Shown here: positions 10,184-17,698 of the stretch, piece after piece
How positions within the stretch are numbered: position 1 is the stretch's first letter
Layout: the number at the start of each line of letters is the position of its first letter
NCBI GenBank assembly: GCA_049512075.1
Contig: JBEKXL010000018.1
Coordinates: 1-45,554, forward strand
Length of the DNA stretch: 45,554 bases
Source of the DNA: Candidatus Bathyarchaeia archaeon
Lineage (GTDB): Archaea > Thermoproteota > Bathyarchaeia > Bathyarchaeales > Bathycorpusculaceae
Direction: 5' to 3'
The notes under the pieces: model-generated
Told to the model about the DNA's origin: nothing
The model's input: only the letters and a program-made list of their open reading frames with translations
Databases searched by the model: none
Translations under genes and position numbers: made by a program

Positions 10184-11193
10184 ATGTGTTCTTCCTCGCT
10201 GGTCGCTGTTCCCACCACGACTTGATAGAAAACCTGTCCCGTTTCAACGTTTTCTGCACGCTCCAGCATTCCTGAAACGCTAATCTTCTCGCCTCGTCGG
10301 GCAACGTTGCGGTAGCAGCCAATCATTGAAACAACAGTCTCCGGAACCTTACCTTCGCTAAGTGCCTCTGCGTGTATTGGTTCGTAGTCCCTGATTTTGT
10401 AAATGGCTGGCCGAAACATGGCTTCGCTGTCGTCTTGAACCTTGCAGGCGAAGTTGACAGGAGTTACGGTGTTGCATTGTAGCTCTCCGTATTTTTGTTT
10501 GATTTCTTCAGATTTGCGAATTGCGTTGAACATGAAAATCTTGTTCAGGTATTTTCCTTTGTATCGGCGAGCCGCATCTAACCGGTTGCTGAACTTGTAG
10601 CTCAGCCTGCCAGCTTCAACGAGCCTGTTTATAGTTGCTTCTAACACGCGAAAGTTTTGCGCTCCGTAGACGACCAGGTCTAAATCTGATTTTGACGTGT
10701 GCATGTTTAGGGCCACAGAGCCGTGTACACCCAAATCCTCCAGCCCAATGCCTGATTCGGTTGAGAGCAAATCAACCAGGCTTAGTGTCATCCTTTGCAA
10801 GTCATCTTTGGTTTCAAGCCAGGTCAGATGATGCAGACAGTCTCTCGGAACGAATATGTTCTTGATGGAATCTAACGGTGCGCTGATAATCTCCTTTCTT
10901 CTGAAAGGACAATAGTACACGTAGTCTGGGAAGTTCTTTCGAAAGGTCTCCAGAAAGGTCTGATAGTTCTGTGCAGTGTATAGGTTTTCAGCTCGAAAGA
11001 GTTTCTGTTCTTCAAGGTTCCATGTGTTCTGTAAATATTCGACATTGAACAGCTTCTGGAACTGGGCTGGGATGTATTTGAGAAAGGCGAAAACCCGGTT
11101 GGCGGGATGTTCATACCCGAAAACGTTGAATATGAACCCCTCTTTTGTTGTGAAGGTATCTCCGTCTGCGGGAATCCAACGTTTCAGGTCCAT
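10165..11193 (-). CDS. Predicted nucleotidyltransferase (COG1665-like), paralogue 3
   Basis: GVHGS...SDLD motif; [21 protein letters not shown]. Start set at ATG 11193 after a GAGGTG SD; overlaps paralogue 2. Confidence 0.85.
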   Translation of the reverse strand: MDLKRWIPADGDTFTTKEGFIFNVFGYEHPANRVFAFLKYIPAQFQKLFNVEYLQNTWNLEEQKLFRAENLYTAQNYQTFLETFRKNFPDYVYYCPFRRKEIISAPLDSIKNIFVPRDCLHHLTWLETKDDLQRMTLSLVDLLSTESGIGLEDLGVHGSVALNMHTSKSDLDLVVYGAQNFRVLEATINRLVEAGRLSYKFSNRLDAARRYKGKYLNKIFMFNAIRKSEEIKQKYGELQCNTVTPVNFACKVQDDSEAMFRPAIYKIRDYEPIHAEALSEGKVPETVVSMIGCYRNVARRGEKISVSGMLERAENVETGQVFYQVVVGTATSEEEHIWPLRN

Positions 11194-11295
11194 CTGAAGC
11201 ACCTCGACATGATGAGATTGGAGTGCCAAAAAAACCTATCGCAGAGGCCATAACGCTTAAAGCAGAAGGAGGCTTACAGCAACCTGACGTGAGCA

Positions 11296-11790
11296 ATGTT
11301 GAGCAGCAACTTACATCCGTATGTAGTTTTTCTTCCGTCTGAACATAAGATCAAGGTTCTGAGCGCCATCTTCGGTTCAAAAGCGGCTGTTGACATACTG
11401 AAATTCTCGCTCAGCCAGGGCATTTCGAACAAGATTTACCAGGGCGACCTCGTGAAGAAGTCAACATTTTCAAACAAGACCGTTATCAAAAACCTGAAGT
11501 CGCTGACCAAGCTGAGGATATTGACGGAGAAAATGGAGAAAACCGAAAGGAATGGCCGTATCACATGGGTCAAGGCCTATCAACTTTCGAGCGCTGGCAA
11601 GTGGTTTGCACTTTTGCTCGCTGAAGAAAAAGAATTGTCCGACAAGGAGAAGGCGGAGATATTTCAAAGCCTCTTCAGAGCCTACCTGCGATGGGCGAAG
11701 GATCTCTCACAGAAGCTGAACATGGACAAGAAAATGTTGGAAAGAGTCTTCACAGAGGAAATGCAGCGAACACGGGTGCATAAGACTTGA
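11296..11790 (+). CDS. Winged-helix transcriptional regulator
   Basis: HTH-like FSNKTVIKNLKSLTKLRIL followed by wing YQLSSAGK. Confidence 0.7.
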   Translation: MLSSNLHPYVVFLPSEHKIKVLSAIFGSKAAVDILKFSLSQGISNKIYQGDLVKKSTFSNKTVIKNLKSLTKLRILTEKMEKTERNGRITWVKAYQLSSAGKWFALLLAEEKELSDKEKAEIFQSLFRAYLRWAKDLSQKLNMDKKMLERVFTEEMQRTRVHKT

Positions 11791-12314
11791 AGGCAACAGT
11801 CATCGGTGTGGTAGGCGGAAAAAAATCTGGAAAAACCACTACCATAGAGATTTTGACGAGAGAACTCACCAAGAGGGGTTACAAGATTGCGGTGGCCAAA
11901 CACATTCCAGAGCCTAATTTTACGCTGGATACGGAAGGAAAAGATACATGGCGTTTCGTCCAATCAGGTGCTAAAACGGTGGTTGCCGCATCAGCAGGTG
12001 AGATAGCCACTATAGAGAAGACTCGCGCAGACCTCTCCCTGAAAGAGATTCTGCAGAGATGCAGAGGGAGCGACATTGTCTTCCTAGAAGGCTTCAGAAA
12101 ACTCGTGGCTGAAGACAAAAGCATACACAAGATTGTGGTTGCAGAATCTGCCCAAGACATCGAAGAAGCAGTTGAGATGTTCATGCCTATACTGGCCTTC
12201 ACAGGACCATACTCGCCCGAGAAACCCCACCTTAAAATCCCGTACATAGACGTACTAAAGCATGGCAAAGAAATAGCGGATCTTGTGGAAAAAGTAGTCA
12301 GAAAAAAGGTGTAA
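11787..12314 (+). CDS. mobB: Molybdopterin-guanine dinucleotide biosynthesis protein B
   Basis: GGKKSGKTT P-loop; KH...DTEGKDTWRF..SGA; DIVFLEGF. Confidence 0.93.
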   Translation: MKATVIGVVGGKKSGKTTTIEILTRELTKRGYKIAVAKHIPEPNFTLDTEGKDTWRFVQSGAKTVVAASAGEIATIEKTRADLSLKEILQRCRGSDIVFLEGFRKLVAEDKSIHKIVVAESAQDIEEAVEMFMPILAFTGPYSPEKPHLKIPYIDVLKHGKEIADLVEKVVRKKV

Positions 12315-12470
12315 CATGAGTCATGTTGCCGCTAGGCTGTGGGGCTTGGAGATATTATCTGAGGGGGAGATGGGAGAAAGGAGATATTCCTAAAATGTAA
12401 GGTAATTCTCCAAACCTTTCCACCCTGCGTTTCAACATGCTCCTGTTACGTGACTTGTAATCATCTCCTC

Positions 12471-13649
12471 CTAGAGCGCTTTGAAGGTTTCAAACCATCT
12501 GTTGTACAATGCTAGCATGTCGAGAGACACGCTGGGTTTCCTGTCTTCCAGTGTCTGTCTGAAGTCGTCCATCGTCACAGGTCTCGGTTTTGCCTGTTTG
12601 TCGTCTGCTTTTCCGGACTCGAAGAATTCACCTATGAGTTTCAGTTGTGCCGATTGGTTGACGTCTCTGATGTCGCTTCCTGAAAATCCTTCTGAAAGCC
12701 TTGCCAGCTCGTGCAAGTCGACGTCAGGCGCCAGCTGCAAGTTGGTCGTGTAGAGTTTGAACATCATCAAGCGTGTGTGGTGGTCTGGAAGAGGCACCAG
12801 AATCCGTTTCTGGAACCTTCTTATGAATGCCCAGTCCAAGTCCCAAGGCTTGTTCGTCGCACCGATAACGTAGACGTGTAGGTTCTTGCCCTTGTCCACG
12901 ATTCCGTCCATCTCTTTCAGAAACTGGTTCCTAACTCTGATTTCGCCGCCGACCTCGTTCGCGTGTTTACCCATCATGGAGTCCAGTTCGTCGATGAACA
13001 CTATGGACGGCTTGCCTTCCAAAGCTGATTTCCTGACTGAACCGAAGAGTTTGGCCACGTTCTGCTCAGCCTCACCAAGCCACTTGGACATTACTGAAGC
13101 AGCATCGATAGAAACGAAGTTGGCATCAATTTCCGTGGCAACCGCGGCGGCCAGCAGCGTCTTGCCGCAGCCTGGCGGTCCGAACAGCAGGATGCCTCTC
13201 GGCCAGCCCAGCGGGAACAGGTCTGGCCTCTGAACCGGGTAGACTATAGCCTCTTTCACGGCTTTCTTGGCGGGGTCAAGCCCGACGACTCCGTCCCATT
13301 TCACGTTTGGCTTCTCTATCACTATGAGTTCTTCGTACGTTGATTTTCCGCCTTCAGTCCTTGTTTCCCCTTCAACACCGTTGCATCTGGCTTCGGGCCG
13401 CGGTTCTAAGGATGTCACGGCGCCCTGTATTGCTTTGATTCGTTCCTGGTAGGCGATTGCTCTCTGTATGTAAACCTTGTTCAGGCTGTATTCTGGGTAG
13501 AGTTGGACGAGTTGCAGGAGGCTTTCTATGGCTTTTTGGTACGTGGTTATGGCCATGCCCTTTGCTCCCTGCTTGTCCAGGCGAACTGCTTCTAAGGCAA
13601 AGGTGGTTGCAGACTTCTCAAGCTCTTGAGATGCGCTCATAACTTTCAT
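12471..13649 (-). CDS. cdvC: Vps4/CdvC AAA ATPase with MIT domain
   Basis: N-terminal MIT domain, GPPGCGKT, FIDELD, ATNKPWDLD..IRRFQKR; adjacent to ESCRT-III genes. Confidence 0.95.
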   Translation of the reverse strand: MKVMSASQELEKSATTFALEAVRLDKQGAKGMAITTYQKAIESLLQLVQLYPEYSLNKVYIQRAIAYQERIKAIQGAVTSLEPRPEARCNGVEGETRTEGGKSTYEELIVIEKPNVKWDGVVGLDPAKKAVKEAIVYPVQRPDLFPLGWPRGILLFGPPGCGKTLLAAAVATEIDANFVSIDAASVMSKWLGEAEQNVAKLFGSVRKSALEGKPSIVFIDELDSMMGKHANEVGGEIRVRNQFLKEMDGIVDKGKNLHVYVIGATNKPWDLDWAFIRRFQKRILVPLPDHHTRLMMFKLYTTNLQLAPDVDLHELARLSEGFSGSDIRDVNQSAQLKLIGEFFESGKADDKQAKPRPVTMDDFRQTLEDRKPSVSLDMLALYNRWFETFKAL

Positions 13650-14545
13650 TCTCCAGCTTTCAATTCAATTTTTATTTTTCCTTTCGACCCCAGACTCTCT
13701 AGGGCCTTCTCGATATCCTCGTTTGAGGTTTCCAAGTCAACCGAGCAACGTTCCATATCGATTTGGCCGTTGCTCTTCCTGACGTAATCGAGAAGAACAT
13801 CCTCTAACTGAGAATTTTCAACTTTCAAGGAGATTTCCTTGATTTCGGATTTTTTATAAGAAATGAGGGTTTGAGAAGAGTCTCTTCCAGATTCTTCGGA
13901 GACTTTGCTGGTCTTCTTTTCCGAAAAGTTGGTCGCTAACGCAAGCATCTCTTCCAACGTTGCCTTTTCGCTTTCTGGGATTTTCTGAGTAACGGGCGGT
14001 TCGGGCAGGTTTTGGGAGATTCTTTGTTCGAGAAAGCTTGAGACTTGGCTTAGCACTTCTTCGCCGCCAGGTGTCTTCCGGTCTACGGGAATCACTGATT
14101 CGTCAGCCGTTAGCTTTGTTGAGTAGAGTGTCTCGCTTATCGTGTCGTTGACTTTGCTCAGTTCAGATGAGACGTCAGGCAAGAATTGAAACAGCTCTTG
14201 TGAGACGTTCTGGAGAAGCTTCAGTGCAGGTTTGAGATCGATAACTATGTCACTCAGTTCTCTTATGGTCTCAAGTCTGAGGATTACCCGTTCGATCGCC
14301 AGCTCTACGTTGTAGAGGAAACTAATAATCTTCCGCACTTCCGCGATTTCGTTGGCGCAGATTGCCGCACGATCTTTGTTCTTCGCTTTGAGAGCCCCAA
14401 CGCACGTTTGAAAAAGGATTTTGTCTCTCTCTTTAAGCCTGTAACTCGCCTGTTCAAGCCTGCCGTGCTGGACTCTCAGCACCTGCATTGACTTGACAGC
14501 TGTTTCACGGAGAGGTGGAGGGCTCGAATGGATAAATCCTTTGAT
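13646..14545 (-). CDS. cdvB: ESCRT-III CdvB with MIM2-like motif and C-terminal winged helix
   Basis: Snf7 core (ANEIAEVRK, LAIERVILRLETI), NLPEPP, C-terminal wH. First ATG is at 14488, but homology to the paralogue extends upstream; possible ATC start at 14545. Confidence 0.88.
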   Translation of the reverse strand: MKGFIHSSPPPLRETAVKSMQVLRVQHGRLEQASYRLKERDKILFQTCVGALKAKNKDRAAICANEIAEVRKIISFLYNVELAIERVILRLETIRELSDIVIDLKPALKLLQNVSQELFQFLPDVSSELSKVNDTISETLYSTKLTADESVIPVDRKTPGGEEVLSQVSSFLEQRISQNLPEPPVTQKIPESEKATLEEMLALATNFSEKKTSKVSEESGRDSSQTLISYKKSEIKEISLKVENSQLEDVLLDYVRKSNGQIDMERCSVDLETSNEDIEKALESLGSKGKIKIELKAGE

Positions 14546-14581
14546 GAGTCTTCCCTCCGCCCGCTACTCTCTTGTTCCAGC

Positions 14582-15313
14582 CTATATTCCGGTTTTTCCG
14601 ATTTCCTTCACGTAAACGACTACTGGCGGTTCTGGAAGCTCTGATGCAAACGGTTTAGGCGGTTCGGGGATCTTGCCTTTCGTCTGTTCAAAGGGTTTGG
14701 AAGTGTCACCCAACAGGATGCTGGAAAGCTTGCTGGTCGTCAGTTCCAAGTCGGTTTTCTTCATGTGGACTCGTTTGATGTTTTCTTGAATCATCGAAAA
14801 GGCGGTTTCGTAGTATTGGTTGTCGACTTTTCCTATTTCGTGTTCGATTTCGAGGTTGACCAAGGCATAGTTTAGATCCTTTGTTTGTTCGTTGCATTCT
14901 GCGATTTCGTCTTCTATTTCTTCTCTCAGAGTCTGTGCTTCACTCTTGAGCTGAGTTAGAACGCCATCGAAGCTGCTGTGCAGCTCTGCGTAGAGTTCCT
15001 TTGATATCTTCTTCTTCTCAGAGAGGTCCTTGAGGGCTTGGTCCTTGCGCCAAATGAGGGGTATCTGATCGTTGAGTATGCCTGCCTGAGCTTTTATGTT
15101 GGAGACGAGGGTTACTTCAGAACCGTCGAACTTCACGTTATCCACACAGCGCTTTAGAAATCTTCCATCGCCCAGCGCGATAAAGACACTGTCGAATTTT
15201 CCACTCGGGGTCACTGCAAAAGAGGCTATCTTGCCTATCGCACGTCCGTACTCGTCGTTGATCTGTTTTCCTACAGAAAGAAAAAGGTTGGGGTTTTGTG
15301 ACATCCTTTTCAT
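14582..15313 (-). CDS. cdvA: Cell division protein CdvA
   Basis: N-terminal PRC barrel (VGKQINDEYGRAIGKI), coiled coil, LEIEHEIG, C-terminal PVVVYVK peptide; lies between ESCRT-III genes. Confidence 0.88.
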   Translation of the reverse strand: MKRMSQNPNLFLSVGKQINDEYGRAIGKIASFAVTPSGKFDSVFIALGDGRFLKRCVDNVKFDGSEVTLVSNIKAQAGILNDQIPLIWRKDQALKDLSEKKKISKELYAELHSSFDGVLTQLKSEAQTLREEIEDEIAECNEQTKDLNYALVNLEIEHEIGKVDNQYYETAFSMIQENIKRVHMKKTDLELTTSKLSSILLGDTSKPFEQTKGKIPEPPKPFASELPEPPVVVYVKEIGKTGI

Positions 15314-15322
15314 CCCCTATGT

Positions 15323-15994
15323 TTACGAAGTTTCCGTTGAGGATTTTTCGCCTACTGGAGTCGTTGGTAGTCCGGGCATTCCTGGTGGCAAGTCTGGGAA
15401 CTTCTCTTTAACTCTCTGTTCTGCGACCGTTGCTGCCTCTGTGAGAATTTTGCCTGCATCTTCGTTCACGTTGTCAAAGTTCAACGTCATTCCTGAACCT
15501 GTTCCTGCTTCCATCATTATTCCGCTCAGCATGTTGCCGATTTCGCCAAGTTCGCTCTCTGCTTCAGGGAAAACGCTTACGAGTCCAGCTTTGACTGATC
15601 TCAAGACTCCGACTGCGGGGCCTAATGTTGACACTACGTCTCCGAGTTCTGATACGGTGCGTAATCTTAACACGATCTGTTCGAGTGCAAGCCTTGCGTT
15701 AATGATGAGTTTTTCCATCTTGCGTATCTCAGCCAGCTCGTTGGCAAAAACGTTTGCTCGCGCGGTGTCATGCTTGGTGTATGCATCTACTATTCTCGCG
15801 AATATCGTCTTGTCCCTTTGGCCGAATCTGTCCGTGGCTTGATCCAATTTCTGAACCTGCAGTTCAATGCGTCGAACAGCGAAGTCTAGGCGGGGCTTCA
15901 ATGGGCCAGGTGGCCTAACTGCCTCTATCACACGGTTTGTGAGGGGTTGCTCTTCTCTTCTTGTTTCCCATTTTTTGCTAAACCTTTCTGACAA
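15323..15994 (-). CDS. ESCRT-III/Snf7 paralogue (CdvB1/2-like, no winged helix)
   Basis: ANELAEIRK, LALEQIVLRLRTV, FPDLP MIM2-like motif; TTG start at 15994 after a GGAGGT SD. Confidence 0.9.
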   Translation of the reverse strand: MSERFSKKWETRREEQPLTNRVIEAVRPPGPLKPRLDFAVRRIELQVQKLDQATDRFGQRDKTIFARIVDAYTKHDTARANVFANELAEIRKMEKLIINARLALEQIVLRLRTVSELGDVVSTLGPAVGVLRSVKAGLVSVFPEAESELGEIGNMLSGIMMEAGTGSGMTLNFDNVNEDAGKILTEAATVAEQRVKEKFPDLPPGMPGLPTTPVGEKSSTETS

Positions 15995-16213
15995 GTTAAT
16001 TACCTCCAAAGACCAAAGGTCGCGGGGAAGAGTCTTATACATTGTTAACATGGTGAAAACATGCCTGTATATATGTGGAGCTATATGTCCCAGCCGAAAC
16101 AGTTTTGGGCTTTAATTTTCCAACTAAAAGACTATGTTCGCGGTTTTCCGAGAATAGACATAAAGGTGTAAGTTAGACTAAAAAGAGGCTTGAATTAATT
16201 CCTATCCAAAAAG

Positions 16214-16441
16214 GTGAATCAAATGGGCGAAAGGTTAAAAATTTTCGTCTTTGTGGCTATCTTGGGATTCTTTGCTGGAATGATTGCAGACTTGGCAGGA
16301 ACGTACGCGATTCCTTGGCTAGTATCTGTCTTGCCAGCGTTTCTAAGCGCAAGATACCTACTGTCAGGGGTCGCCGGAGCCTGTCTAACACTGGTACTGG
16401 TAAGCGTTTGGGCCTACATCAGCGGACCGCCAGAACGTTAA
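16214..16441 (+). CDS. Small membrane protein, divergent from the cdv operon
   Basis: 75 aa, mostly hydrophobic helices, AGGTGA SD-like sequence. Confidence 0.7.
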   Translation: MNQMGERLKIFVFVAILGFFAGMIADLAGTYAIPWLVSVLPAFLSARYLLSGVAGACLTLVLVSVWAYISGPPER

Positions 16442-16872
16442 CCTTCTCTCCTTCTCCCTTTTCTTTGTTCGCACAGCACCAAAGTTTTGGCACTCTTTCC
16501 TTCTCTTAATATACGGTTTCAGCTAACAGCGATTTTTATGTATTTTTGGACTCAGCAGCGGAAAAAGCGATCATTCGCCAACAGCGTCTCCGTACCTCGA
16601 TGACCTCATCGTCCAAGCAATGTTACCCACGAGACGATTTCAAGGTTTTGGTCCGACTGGTTCTTTCTTACACTCGCGCGCACAGGAGAAGTGGTCAAAG
16701 AAGCCATGAAGCATCTCATGAACTAGAAGACGTCTCACGTTTAAGGTGCTCTGTATCGTGTTCAACATTGGATTGCTATGAGAAATGGAAAATAGGTGTT
16801 CACCGAAAGATTTAGTTTTGACTGACTGAGAAGAGTCCTTGAGAGAGGCAAAAACTCGGGTGGAAAACAGAA

Positions 16873-17658
16873 ATGTGCGGCATATTTGGATTTTGCCTAA
16901 AGAAGCCCTTGCGCATGGCCAGAGTCTTCAGAGTTCTTGAGAAACTAGAGGTTCATCAGTACCCTCAGGAACCGCTTCCCCTTGGAGGCTACGGGGCGGG
17001 CGTGGCTTTGCTTCTAGAGGACGGTAATGTTCTGGTTGAAAAGGTCGGAAAGGTCGAGGACTCTCCTGCCAGAAAATTGGCTGAGATGGTGAAGGTTGAC
17101 AAGGCTTCTGTGTTGATTAGCCATGTGCGGATGCCCAGCCCAGAGTTTATGAAAACGGCGAAGTACAAGGAGACCGCACAACCATACGTTGTCGAAAGGG
17201 AACCGAACTTGACTGTTGTCTCAGTTCACAACGGGAAGGTTGAGAACTACAAGGAGATTAGAAAGGCGTTGGGCAGCGCGCACGTTTTTGAATCGGAAAA
17301 GTTTGAACTCGTCGACTCAGAGGTGATTCCACACTTTTTCGAGGAGACGCTGAGCGAGAAAGAAGAGGTTACGGAAGCATTGTACTCCTTCTTCTGTGCC
17401 TTGAAGGGTTCAGGCGCGATAGCATTGCTGCAGCTGGGCGAAGAAGACTCGTTCCTTCACTTGCTTCACAAGGGAAAAACAAGAGGGTTGACCGTGTGGG
17501 CAAACGACATGAACGAGGTCATCTTCTGTACCAGAAAAGAGGTTTTGACAGAAGAGCTCGGCAACCTACTTTCAAAAGGCAGGTTCAAGGAGAAAGCTTC
17601 AATCGCGTATCGGGAAGAAGCAGGGCTGGTACGTTCGTATCCGCTCTCATCAACATGA
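16873..17658 (+). CDS. Stand-alone class II (Ntn) glutamine amidotransferase domain protein
   Basis: N-terminal MCGIFG, SHVR, VHNGKVENYKE, DSEVI motifs. Confidence 0.85.
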   Translation: MCGIFGFCLKKPLRMARVFRVLEKLEVHQYPQEPLPLGGYGAGVALLLEDGNVLVEKVGKVEDSPARKLAEMVKVDKASVLISHVRMPSPEFMKTAKYKETAQPYVVEREPNLTVVSVHNGKVENYKEIRKALGSAHVFESEKFELVDSEVIPHFFEETLSEKEEVTEALYSFFCALKGSGAIALLQLGEEDSFLHLLHKGKTRGLTVWANDMNEVIFCTRKEVLTEELGNLLSKGRFKEKASIAYREEAGLVRSYPLSST

Positions 17659-17698
17659 AGAAAAAGGTTTAGCAAAACGTCCTTGTGGCTTGTAAGAA

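Noticed and set aside
15096-15842. 248-aa plus-strand ORF and the many other short antisense ORFs
   Set aside because: Shadows of well-supported genes on the opposite strand or frame.
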